64,000 nt of DNA from Candidatus Micrarchaeota archaeon (GTDB lineage: Archaea; Micrarchaeota; Micrarchaeia; Micrarchaeales; CABMGC01): contig DAHVMJ010000003.1 in the NCBI GenBank assembly GCA_027319905.1, forward strand, positions 1-64,000, read 5' to 3'. The translations under genes were made by a program, and so were the position numbers. Positions 17,574 to 26,582 of the stretch are shown piece by piece. Under the pieces are notes generated by a model. That model saw only the letters and a list, made by a program, of their open reading frames with translations. It was not told the origin of the DNA and made no database searches. Numbering within the stretch: the first letter of the stretch is position 1; each line of letters opens with the position of its first letter.

Positions 17574-19952
17574 TTACTCTGCCTTGATTTCAAGATGTAT
17601 CTCGGTTTCGGGTACGGTGAGCGTTCCAGATCCCCTTGTAAGCCTTCCAATGTTCATCGCACCCTTTACGTCCTCCTCCAGCCCCCCCAGATCTTCGCTC
17701 ACCACAAGCTCCTTGAGTTCCGCATTCAGCGCCATCTTGTTGTTGTGCTTCCACTGCCTTATGTACTCTATTACCTTCTGCGCCATGTCGCCCTTCTTCA
17801 GGCTCGGCTCGTCGACCCACTTCTTGTCAAAGGTGGGCCACGCAGAAACATGTATTGACACCGCTTTGTCCAACTTTCCCCTGAATAACTTCTGGTATAT
17901 CTCCTCAGTTGCGAAAGGCATAAACGGCGCCAGCATCTTGAGAACAAGCAGGAAGACATAGCCGAGGGTGGCATTTGCCGAGGAATCTTTTCCGTATATC
18001 CTGTACTTGATGAACTCGAGGTAGTTGTCGCTGAAGAACCAGAAGAACTCCTCGGCTACCCGCTTTGCTCCGGAGTAGTTGAAGTTCTCGAACAGCTCGG
18101 TGGCCTCCTTCAGCGCGTAGAGAGACCTGGCCGTTATCCATCTGTCGATCTCCTTTGGTTTGCTCTCAAATGTCTTGCAGTTCTGGTCTATGAACTTAGC
18201 TACGTTCCACAGCTTGTTAACAAGCCTCTGGCCGCTTATCATGTCCTTCTCCTGGAACGAGGAATCCTCTCCCAGGGTGGAGGAGCTGGCCCAGTACCTT
18301 ACTGGATCTGCGCCGAACTTCTCCAGCGTCTTGTCGGCGTCAATTATGTTGCCCTCTGACTTGTGCATTGGCTTGCCCTTCGGGTCCAGCCCGTGACCGG
18401 AGATCACAGCCTCAGCCCATGGCAGTTTTTTCGTGTGAAGGTAGCACTTTACTATCGTGGTGAAGAGCCAGAAGGTTATGATGTCGTGTGCCTGAGGCCT
18501 CAGGCTCATCGGATATATCTTGCCCATGTACTTCTTGTCTGTTGCCCACCTGGCGTTTATCAGAGGCGTTAGCGACGAAGTGGCCCACGTGTCCATCACG
18601 TCAGCCTCCGGCACAAATTCCGTGGATCCGCACTTGGCGCAGCCGAGCTTGGGTTTGTCAACGAGAGGGTTTACTGGTAGCTGGTCCCTGTCAGCAAGCT
18701 TCACCTCGCCGCAGTTCTTGCAGTACCAGACGGGGAATGGGATGCCAAAGAACCTCTGTCTGCTTATTCCCCAGTCCCACTGGAGTCCCTGCACCCAGTT
18801 GTCATAGCGGTGATGCATGTAATCGGGGTGCCACCTGAGCTGCTTACCGAGTCTTAGCAGCTCGTCCTTAAGGTCCAGGTACCTGATGTACCACTGCTCC
18901 TTGACTATGAACTCTATCTCGTTCTTGCATCTCTCGTGTACCTTGATGTCGTGGTCTATCTCCTGCTCCCTGGTTACGTAGCCACCCTTCTTCAGCTCCT
19001 CTACTATCTTCTGCCTCGCCTCCTTCGGTTTCATCCCCCTGTAGCCTTCCACTGTCATCCTCCCTGAGTCGTCGATTGCGATGCGCAGGCTAAGGTTATA
19101 GGCCTTGTACCACTCTATGTCCGTCTGGTCCCCGAATGTGCAGCACATCACCATCCCCGTGCCCTTTGTGGGGTCGACCCTCTGGTCAGCCATTATGCCT
19201 ACCTCGTTTCCGAAGAGCGGCACCTTAACCTGCTTCCCAACGAGTTTCGCATGCTTCTTGTCTTCGGGGTTGACAAATATGGCGACGATTGCTGGCAGCA
19301 GCTCGGGCCTCGTGGTGGCTATCTCAACATCCTTTGAGAATTTTATGTAAACGAAATTCGTCTTCTCGGTCTTGTCCTGAAGCTCCATCTGCGAAACAGC
19401 CGTCCTGTCCTTCGGGCACCAGAGCGTCGGCGTTTCTTTCCTGTAGGCCCTGCCCATCTCATGCAGCTCGATGAAGGAGAGCTGCGATGCTATCCTGGAA
19501 TCTTTGCTTATCGTTGTGTAGAGCAGTGACCAGTCCGCCGATATGCCGACAGCGCGCCAGATCTTCTTGTACTCCTCCTCATACTTGTCCTTGGTCTTTT
19601 CCACGAGCTCTATGAATTTCTCCCTTCCAAGCTTCTCGGCCACTACGTTGTGCTCCTTCTCCACCAGTATCTCTGTCGGCAGGCCGTTGTTGTCGAGCCC
19701 GAAAGGATAGAAGACGTTGTAGCCGCTCATGCGTTTGTACCTTGCTATGAAATCCGCCTGCGAGTACGAGAAGAGGTGGCCGATGTGCAGATGACCGGAG
19801 ATTGTCGGTGGCGGCGTGTCTATCGAATAGACCTTCCTGCTTGATTTCTCGTCAAAATCGTATATCTTCTCCTTCTTCCAAAGCTCGGCTATGCGTTTCT
19901 CCACCTCCCTGTAGTCATATCCGCCGAGCATCGAATAGCCTATTACTCGCAA
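17574..19952 (-). CDS. valS: Valyl-tRNA synthetase (archaeal type)
   Basis: IDTPPPT, HIGH, ISRQRFFG, DTWATSS, PMHKS; true start may be ATG a few codons in. Confidence 0.93.
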   Translation of the reverse strand: MRVIGYSMLGGYDYREVEKRIAELWKKEKIYDFDEKSSRKVYSIDTPPPTISGHLHIGHLFSYSQADFIARYKRMSGYNVFYPFGLDNNGLPTEILVEKEHNVVAEKLGREKFIELVEKTKDKYEEEYKKIWRAVGISADWSLLYTTISKDSRIASQLSFIELHEMGRAYRKETPTLWCPKDRTAVSQMELQDKTEKTNFVYIKFSKDVEIATTRPELLPAIVAIFVNPEDKKHAKLVGKQVKVPLFGNEVGIMADQRVDPTKGTGMVMCCTFGDQTDIEWYKAYNLSLRIAIDDSGRMTVEGYRGMKPKEARQKIVEELKKGGYVTREQEIDHDIKVHERCKNEIEFIVKEQWYIRYLDLKDELLRLGKQLRWHPDYMHHRYDNWVQGLQWDWGISRQRFFGIPFPVWYCKNCGEVKLADRDQLPVNPLVDKPKLGCAKCGSTEFVPEADVMDTWATSSLTPLINARWATDKKYMGKIYPMSLRPQAHDIITFWLFTTIVKCYLHTKKLPWAEAVISGHGLDPKGKPMHKSEGNIIDADKTLEKFGADPVRYWASSSTLGEDSSFQEKDMISGQRLVNKLWNVAKFIDQNCKTFESKPKEIDRWITARSLYALKEATELFENFNYSGAKRVAEEFFWFFSDNYLEFIKYRIYGKDSSANATLGYVFLLVLKMLAPFMPFATEEIYQKLFRGKLDKAVSIHVSAWPTFDKKWVDEPSLKKGDMAQKVIEYIRQWKHNNKMALNAELKELVVSEDLGGLEEDVKGAMNIGRLTRGSGTLTVPETEIHLEIKAE

Positions 19953-19982
19953 TCATATAAACCTTAAAGCTTCATTAGAGAC

Positions 19983-20450
19983 ATGGACAGGCAAGACTGC
20001 ATATTCTGCAGGATAGTTGCGGGTAGGCTCCCTGCATACAGGATATACGAAGACAGGAGATACGTGGCAATACTAGACATCTTTCCCAACACAAGAGGGC
20101 AGACGCTGGTCCTGCCCAAGAGACACATGGTCAGCCTGTTTTCCGACATAAGCGATGGTGAGCTGTCCCAGTTCGTGCTTGTCTCAAAAAAAGTTGCAAA
20201 CCTGCTACGCAGAAAGTTGGGAGTGGCAAGGGTGCACATGGTACTCGAAGGCCTCGGGGCAAATCACCTGCATGCGAAGCTCTACCCCGCGAACGGGCTG
20301 ACTTCAAGCAGATTCAGGCAGATTCTCGCTCCCGAAACCGCATACTTCAAAAGATATCCAGGGTACGTGAGTACCGTTCTGGGACCTCGCGCCAGTGACG
20401 CTTCGCTGAGGCGATTGCAAAAGCAGATTACGGGAAGAGTTGGTGCCTGA
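19983..20450 (+). CDS. HIT-family nucleotide hydrolase
   Basis: CIFC N-terminus, HLHAK variant histidine triad. Confidence 0.85.
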   Translation: MDRQDCIFCRIVAGRLPAYRIYEDRRYVAILDIFPNTRGQTLVLPKRHMVSLFSDISDGELSQFVLVSKKVANLLRRKLGVARVHMVLEGLGANHLHAKLYPANGLTSSRFRQILAPETAYFKRYPGYVSTVLGPRASDASLRRLQKQITGRVGA

Positions 20451-20767
20451 TGCCCGCGATGCCGAAAAGATTCAAGCGCGTCATCGAGGATTTTGTCTGC
20501 TTCAACTGTGGAACCGAGATCAAGGGCGGCGGATATACGGACCACTGCCCAAACTGCCTCTGGGGCCTGCACGTGGACAATAATCCTGGTGATAGAGCTT
20601 CAAAATGCAAGGGGAGGCTAAAGCCGGTCGGCGCAGCCTACGATGGGTTCGGCTATATGATAGAATATGAATGCCTAAAGTGCGGCGCCAAAAAGAGATT
20701 CGGAGCCTCTGAAAATGATAACGAGGAGCTGCTGATCTCGCTAGTTGAAAGGTCGGGAGCGGTCTAG
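20450..20767 (+). CDS. RNHCP-domain zinc-binding protein
   Basis: 'CFNCG…DHCPNCLWGLHVDNNPGDRASKC'. Confidence 0.85.
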   Translation: MPAMPKRFKRVIEDFVCFNCGTEIKGGGYTDHCPNCLWGLHVDNNPGDRASKCKGRLKPVGAAYDGFGYMIEYECLKCGAKKRFGASENDNEELLISLVERSGAV

Positions 20768-20781
20768 CACGTGCGGCCTGC

Positions 20782-21609
20782 TCATCTGTAGTAATCGTCT
20801 CCGTCCACTAGCTCTGCTGTCTGGCCCACCACTTTGTACACCTTTCGGTAGCCTATCCTCTTCAGGTTCTTCACCACCTGGGTGAACGCCTCGCCTCTTC
20901 TATGGCTGTCATCGACCACCAGAGCCACCTTGTTGGTGTTGTCCACCAGCGTCTTCAGCTCGAGCGGGTGAACGAAGAACTCGCGTTCCATCCTGCTTCC
21001 GTCCTCGAACGGCGTCTGCCCCTGGTTCGAGAAGCCAATGAGCGCGTAGCCTACGGGGTCCAGCTTCATCTGCTTCATCTTCTCTATCACAAGCGGCGTT
21101 ACCGTAAGTCCGCCGGTCATGTTCGTTATCACTATCGTCTCGCCCTTTGAGAAATACTGGAACGGACTGTGCATCCTGCAGGTAAACTCGCTTATAGTGT
21201 GCGCGTCTGGCGCGGCGAACGACCAGCCTCCGTTCGACGCATGCATGACGAACTGCTCTCCTCCCGCCTTGAGGCCTATCTCCACCTGCCTTCTCAGTAT
21301 GCGCAGGCTTTCCGCGCACTCCTCAAGGCTGTTGTTCATGAACGCGCCAGCCCACAGCCTTCTGACCTTCCACTCTCCGAACATGTGGTCTTTATAGTCG
21401 AGGTCCCTGGCCAGTTTCATGAAGTCTTCAAGGTAGCGCTGATGCTGATACACGCTGAGAATCTTGGTCTTGTACACGTCCGGAACTCTAAAGCCAAATC
21501 TCTGGTTGAGTCTCGGGTCCCCTAGAACGTCTGCCTTGTCGTTTTTCTGCTCAGCTATCTTGGTCGCCGTCCTAGCGTCCTCATTGCTGTATTCCCTTAC
21601 TATGTTCAT
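20782..21609 (-). CDS. PRTase-like hypothetical protein, paralog 1
   Basis: C-terminal 'ALVVDDSHRRGEAF…LKRIGY' resembles the type I PRTase PRPP loop; clear paralogy with neighbours. Confidence 0.6.
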   Translation of the reverse strand: MNIVREYSNEDARTATKIAEQKNDKADVLGDPRLNQRFGFRVPDVYKTKILSVYQHQRYLEDFMKLARDLDYKDHMFGEWKVRRLWAGAFMNNSLEECAESLRILRRQVEIGLKAGGEQFVMHASNGGWSFAAPDAHTISEFTCRMHSPFQYFSKGETIVITNMTGGLTVTPLVIEKMKQMKLDPVGYALIGFSNQGQTPFEDGSRMEREFFVHPLELKTLVDNTNKVALVVDDSHRRGEAFTQVVKNLKRIGYRKVYKVVGQTAELVDGDDYYR

Positions 21610-22493
21610 CTCCAGTACCTGTCTCCGTCTACCAGGTCCGCCGTCTCTCCGACGACCTTGTATACCTTCTTGTAGCCTATCATCTTCAGGTTTCGCACCA
21701 CCTGGGTGAACGCCTCGCCCTTCCTGTGGCTGTCGTCAATGACCAGCGCAATCTTGTCCTTGTTCTCCACCAGCGTCTTCAGCTCCTTGGGGTGCACGAA
21801 GAACTCACGCTCCATCGGGCTGCCATCCTCAAACTGCGTCTGCCCCTGGTTGGAAAATCCAATGAGCGCGTAGCCTACTGGATCCTTCCCAAGCTCCTTC
21901 ATCTTTTCCAGCACCAACGGTGTTACCGGAAGACCTCCCGTCATGTTCACTATCGCCATAGTCTGTCCTTTTTCAAACGACCTGAATGGACCATCGAAGT
22001 TGCATGTGAACTCGTTGATTGTGTCGTCGCTTGGTGCAGCGAACGACCATCCGTACCTTGTCGCATGCTGTAGGAACTTCTCGCCTCCCATTGTCACTCC
22101 TCTCTCTATCTGCCTTTTCAGTATATTGAGGCACTCCACGCACTCCTCCAGGCTGTTGTTCATGTACACTCCGGCCCACAGCCTTCTCACCTTGTATTCT
22201 GTGAACACCCTGTTTTCCGCATCGGCATTCCTCGCAAACTTCATGAAGCTCTTCAGGTACGGCTGCTCCTGGTATTCGCTTCGTATCGGATAGTAGTAGA
22301 TGGCTGGCGTCCTGAATCCAAACTTCTGGTTAAGCGCCGGGTCGCCAAGGGGCAGGTCTTTCAGTTCCAGCGTATCCTCTGCCTTTTCCTGGTCCTCCTG
22401 CCTGTTCCTCCTGAGCTCTACCATGCGTGCCAGAGCCTTGGCGTCATTTCCTATGGTGTTTAGTACTCCCATATCCCTCTCCTCATTCTGCAA
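21606..22493 (-). CDS. PRTase-like hypothetical protein, paralog 2
   Basis: Highly similar to paralog 1 at protein and DNA level; 'LVIDDSHRKGEAF'. Confidence 0.6.
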   Translation of the reverse strand: MQNEERDMGVLNTIGNDAKALARMVELRRNRQEDQEKAEDTLELKDLPLGDPALNQKFGFRTPAIYYYPIRSEYQEQPYLKSFMKFARNADAENRVFTEYKVRRLWAGVYMNNSLEECVECLNILKRQIERGVTMGGEKFLQHATRYGWSFAAPSDDTINEFTCNFDGPFRSFEKGQTMAIVNMTGGLPVTPLVLEKMKELGKDPVGYALIGFSNQGQTQFEDGSPMEREFFVHPKELKTLVENKDKIALVIDDSHRKGEAFTQVVRNLKMIGYKKVYKVVGETADLVDGDRYWR

Positions 22494-23406
22494 TCACGTT
22501 CTTCTTGCGCGCTACCGCGCCCAGTTCCACCAGGCCCGGCGCATACGCGTTGGGCGATGCCGCCTCCTCTGCAGTGGTCTCCACTTCTTTCCTAGTCACT
22601 TTTACAAGCGGTATGATCGATGTCGCGTCAAGTTTCTGCTGCGCAATCTCGGCCGGTTTCTCAGCACCTCCTGCTACCGTGGCGCTCGTCTCCTCGTGCT
22701 TGGTCTCCGTCACTGTCACCGCCACAGCCGTCTTTCTTTTTCCGTCGAATTCGTCCCTCAGCTCCTTGACCAGCTCCCTTGGGCTCTTGGAATAGATTAT
22801 TGTGGATCCCTTGAGTATCTTCTTCAGGCGGTGGGCCTCGAGCTTTCTTACCTGGTCGGCGAGGCCTCCGGTTCTTTCAAGCACTCCTATCTTCTTGCCC
22901 TCCTTCACCGCAACCGCGAACTCGACCAGTGTGCCTTCCGCGCCTCCTATCACTATCGCCGCATCTGCTCCGGCAACCAGGGGCACGCTCCTGCCCGTGT
23001 CTCCCAAGCCCGTATACGTTATGTGGTCGTAAATCTCGTCCTTTTCAAGACCCCTGCCCAGTTTGGCTTTTTTGTTCTTCGGTACCATTACCATGACTTC
23101 GTCTTCCTCATCCTCACGAATTCCGTCCATGCCCCAGGCTTCGTAGCCGCCATAATACGCGTACGTCACGTAGCTGTGAGCTTCCGAGTCGCCAGAAACC
23201 CCGTAAACCCTGCCTCCGTGCCTCCTCGCCCCTATCGCGACCTCTTCCGGAAGCCCGCTTCCTGCTCCGGTGACCACGTCGAACTTCTGTTCGGCGAGGG
23301 CTCTCCCGAGCTGGTGGGCCATCGCCTTTGCTCGCTTCGGGTAGTCGTATGTCTTGCCCCCTCCGATTACCGCGATAGTCTTTCTCTTGTGCATCTTCTC
23401 AACCAT
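22483..23406 (-). CDS. LOG/SLOG-family nucleotide-binding protein with low-complexity C-tail
   Basis: 'IAVIGG', 'VVTGAGSGLPE', 'IGGAEGTLVE' (LOG GGxGTxxE-like). Confidence 0.8.
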   Translation of the reverse strand: MVEKMHKRKTIAVIGGGKTYDYPKRAKAMAHQLGRALAEQKFDVVTGAGSGLPEEVAIGARRHGGRVYGVSGDSEAHSYVTYAYYGGYEAWGMDGIREDEEDEVMVMVPKNKKAKLGRGLEKDEIYDHITYTGLGDTGRSVPLVAGADAAIVIGGAEGTLVEFAVAVKEGKKIGVLERTGGLADQVRKLEAHRLKKILKGSTIIYSKSPRELVKELRDEFDGKRKTAVAVTVTETKHEETSATVAGGAEKPAEIAQQKLDATSIIPLVKVTRKEVETTAEEAASPNAYAPGLVELGAVARKKNVIAE

Positions 23407-24949
23407 TCGTTGTCACTTTTGATTTTTCCTCAGTCCTTTTCCTTGCAGCTGTCTTGAGCGAAAGCCATCCGACCAGCTCCTTCGGTTCGTTGGAGTAGAA
23501 CACCTCGGTCTTCGCGTCCCTGGCCGCGGAGACAAACGCCTTTGTTCTTTTAATATCAACCCCGCTGCCCAGAAGGACTCCTATCGCCTTCTTCTGAGCC
23601 AGCGCGACGACAAGCTCCCTCTGTGTCATGAATTCGTTCCATCCTACCAGAGCGACTACGTCCACGCTGCTAACCAAATCGGAAGGCCATTGGAACACCC
23701 AGCCGTCCTTTTCCCGGTCAAAGCTGCTGTAGGCTATTTTTTTGTAAGCGGTTATCAGTTCCTGCGGTATTTGACCTACGCCGAACACAGGGCCATCAGC
23801 CAGCACAGCATACACTCCAGCCCCGTTCTTTTTCGCTGTCTCTCCAACGTAGTCTGTAAGGTCCGGTTCCGGCTTGGTTCTTGAATAAACATCGAAACCG
23901 CTCTCTGCAAGCGTCTTCCCAAGTACTGTTGCTGCCATTCTTGCGGCGTGGCCTTGCTTTTTCCCAAACAGGTGTGACTTGCCCATGAGCGAGGGGTCAC
24001 CTCCTCCGATAATGCCAACCTTTTTCTTGTCGTCGCCCTTGTTTTTCGGTGCTGTATCAAGAAACGCAGGCGCCGGATGGTATGCTGTTTCGTACATGCC
24101 TGGAGACCACATCCCGTAACCCTCGTCGTTCATGTCTCTATACGCGTAGAACGCGGTGTGGCCGTTAAGACTCTTGCCGTCCTTGTCCAGGAGGTTGCCG
24201 TCATGCGTCGCTATCTTGAATATCTTAGTGTAGCCTATCTTTTCCAGGCCCGCTCTGATCATGTCGTATGTCTTTCCAGTTATCTCGCTGTCGTCCACAA
24301 CCAAGGCCGTCTTCTCCTTGAACTGTTGCAGCACCCCGAGCTCTGCCGGGTGGATGAAGAGTTCGTCGCGCATCGACGTCCCGTCCTCGAATCGGGTCTC
24401 TCCATTCTTTGACGCGCCGATCAGTACATAGCCGAGAGGCATGCCGCCAAGTTCCTTAAGCAGATCCATCACCAGCGGTGTCGTTGGAATAGAACCCACG
24501 AGATTTGAGAGCACTATCACTTCCTCGTTTGCGAATCTAAGCAGCGGGCTTTTCGTCTTGCTTTCCATGCTCTCTATATCGGATTTTAAGGGACCCATGA
24601 AAGCCCACGAACTCTTGTTCGTGACCTCGAAATACTTTCGGCCTCCCATCTGCAGGCCTTTGTCTAACTGTTCCCTCAGTATACGCAGCGATTCCGCGCA
24701 CTCCTCAAAGGTGTTGTGCGCAAACGTGCCGGCCCACAGTCTGCGTATGTCGTGCTCCAGCAATACTTCTCCCTTTGCGCTCTTTGCCGCCATCTCCTCG
24801 GTAAATTTGGATAGGTCATCTTTCCTGGTTATGTATTCTTTCGGTTCGACAAGTCCGAACGCGTTCCTGAACGGAAAGACCGCAGTCTCCTTCGGGTGCC
24901 ACGCCCAATTGCCATTCTTGTATCCATCTATCTTTCTCAACTGAAGCAC
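23399..24949 (-). CDS. Fusion: PRTase-like domain (paralog 3) plus degenerate LOG/SLOG domain
   Basis: 'LVVDDSEITGKTY' PRPP-loop motif; C-terminal half aligns by eye with the adjacent LOG protein (VGIIGGG…LGKTLAESGFDV…IGVL…YSNEPKELV). Confidence 0.65.
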   Translation of the reverse strand: MLQLRKIDGYKNGNWAWHPKETAVFPFRNAFGLVEPKEYITRKDDLSKFTEEMAAKSAKGEVLLEHDIRRLWAGTFAHNTFEECAESLRILREQLDKGLQMGGRKYFEVTNKSSWAFMGPLKSDIESMESKTKSPLLRFANEEVIVLSNLVGSIPTTPLVMDLLKELGGMPLGYVLIGASKNGETRFEDGTSMRDELFIHPAELGVLQQFKEKTALVVDDSEITGKTYDMIRAGLEKIGYTKIFKIATHDGNLLDKDGKSLNGHTAFYAYRDMNDEGYGMWSPGMYETAYHPAPAFLDTAPKNKGDDKKKVGIIGGGDPSLMGKSHLFGKKQGHAARMAATVLGKTLAESGFDVYSRTKPEPDLTDYVGETAKKNGAGVYAVLADGPVFGVGQIPQELITAYKKIAYSSFDREKDGWVFQWPSDLVSSVDVVALVGWNEFMTQRELVVALAQKKAIGVLLGSGVDIKRTKAFVSAARDAKTEVFYSNEPKELVGWLSLKTAARKRTEEKSKVTTNG

Positions 24950-25674
24950 CTCTTCCCGTTACTGTCAAGGAAAACGCTGTCAACTGTAGCGACCTTGTAT
25001 ATCTTCTCAAATCCGATCTTCTTCAGTCCCTTTCTCATCCCAGCATAGGTCGTGCCGCCGCATTCAGTATCATCTACCACAAGGGCGGTCTTCTTCTTGT
25101 TCCTGGCGAGCGTCTCAAGTTCCCTGGGTGGAACGAAGAACTCGCCTATCATGAGATCTCCATCCGCGAACCTCGTCTCCCCATGTTTTGAGTACCCTGC
25201 CAATACGTATGCGAATGGCTCTCTCCCAAGCTTCTGCATCAGCCCGATCAGAGGCGGCACACACTCGAATCCGCCCACCATGTTCGCAACCACTACCGTT
25301 TCCTTTCTTTCGAAGTTTAACAGCGGGCTGCTCTGCTCGTCCTCTAGGTCTAACGCGAAGCCTTGAGGCATGCATTTCCAGCAGTCGTTTGTAAGACGCA
25401 CCAGAGCGTCTCCTCCCTCGTACCTCTTCAGGCGCATGTCAACCACCTGCCTCAGTACGCTTAGAGACTCGGCGCAGGCCACAAGGCTGTTGTTCCTGAA
25501 CGACCCCGCCCAGAGACCGCGGATTCTGTCTTCATCGGCAGCAAGCCCGTCATTGATCGAAGCCTTAGCATACGATACCATGTCCGCGAGAGCCTCTCTT
25601 TTAAAACTGTAGGCGATTGGCTTCGGGAAGCCCAGTTCTGCAGTCAGCCTGAAGCCGAGGCCCTTCTTCTCCAT
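24937..25674 (-). CDS. PRTase-like hypothetical protein, paralog 4
   Basis: 'IRGLWAGSFRNNSL..CAESL', 'NMVGG', 'LVVDDTECGGTTY'; start re-set to ATG 25674. Confidence 0.6.
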   Translation of the reverse strand: MEKKGLGFRLTAELGFPKPIAYSFKREALADMVSYAKASINDGLAADEDRIRGLWAGSFRNNSLVACAESLSVLRQVVDMRLKRYEGGDALVRLTNDCWKCMPQGFALDLEDEQSSPLLNFERKETVVVANMVGGFECVPPLIGLMQKLGREPFAYVLAGYSKHGETRFADGDLMIGEFFVPPRELETLARNKKKTALVVDDTECGGTTYAGMRKGLKKIGFEKIYKVATVDSVFLDSNGKRCFS

Positions 25675-25771
25675 GGCCTCTGAGCTCCCGCGAGCGTTTG
25701 GCAGTCTGGCCGTGTCCGCATCCGCGCCCCTCGTCGCTCGAGAAACCCCGCGCAATCTAGTTGTAGTATCC

Positions 25772-25869
25772 AAATACACACCTCCCGTTTCCGTCAAGTA
25801 CCGTGCTGTCCCCTGTAGCAAAATATACAGCTCCCGTTTCCGTCAAGTACCATGCTGTCCCTCGTCGCA
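25772..25869. repeat. Imperfect tandem duplication, 2 x 49 bp (43/49 identical)
   Basis: 25772-25820 vs 25821-25869 aligned by hand. Confidence 0.9.
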
Positions 25870-26364
25870 ATCTTGTAAATGTTCTTGAACCCGATCTTGC
25901 GCAGTCCCTCTCTCATTCCACTGTAAGACCTGCCGCTGCATTCCGTGTCATCTACCACAATCACGGTTTTGTCCCTGTTCCTAACAAGCATCTCCAGCTC
26001 CCTCGCAGGCACGAAGAACTCATTAACCATTCTTTCTCCATCAGCAAATTCAGTTTCCCCATTGACCGAATAGCCAGCCAATGCGTACCCTGCCGGTTCC
26101 CTGTCAAGTTTCGTAAGCAGCTCGATCAGCTGGGCTGTGGTGTACAGACCTCCGGTCATGTTTGGCACCACAATTGTCTCGTGCTTCTGGAAGCGCATCA
26201 GCGGGTTCTTGTTATTCGAGGTGCTCTCCAGGGCGGCCTCAACGAACCATCTCTGCATGCCTGCGCGCAAGCAGCTCGACTTGAGTGCTGCCACAGAGCA
26301 GTCGCTGAGTTCTCCAAGCCTGATCTCAAGATCGTTTTTCAGCAGTTGGAGGGCTTCTGTGCAC
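25794..26364 (-). pseudogene. 5'-truncated PRTase-like paralog 5
   Basis: Homology to the paralogs starts abruptly at 'CTEALQLL'; the preceding 'LWAG..NNSL' block is missing; 'VVDDTECSGRSY' present. Confidence 0.6.
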
Positions 26365-26582
26365 TTTGGCTGCTGCCGGTCTGGATAGTCTTCTGGATCT
26401 ACATCCTGATGCTGGGCGCGGTTAAGGAGCTCTCGAGCAGGGTGCTTGACAAGCTGGGGTTCGAGGGCCACGATAACATAAAGGGCCTGCTTGAGTTGGG
26501 CGCGGTGCTGCTCGCGTACGCGGTGCTCTCGATAGTGATACTGCTCTTCTTCCTGTTTATAGGCCCGAGCATCGGGATCTGA
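26346..26582 (+). pseudogene. Small membrane protein or 3' fragment of one
   Basis: Two hydrophobic helices, host-like codon usage on + strand from ~26362 to TGA 26580-26582; only a TTG start, overlapping paralog 5. Confidence 0.45.

Noticed and set aside
22300..23457. Long antisense ORFs (also 7914-8966, 39944-40756, 50900-51733, etc.)
   Set aside because: Shadows of well-supported genes on the opposite strand in a GC3-rich genome; no motifs
25772..25869. CRISPR mini-array
   Set aside because: Two abutting copies with no spacer, derived from coding sequence; no cas genes
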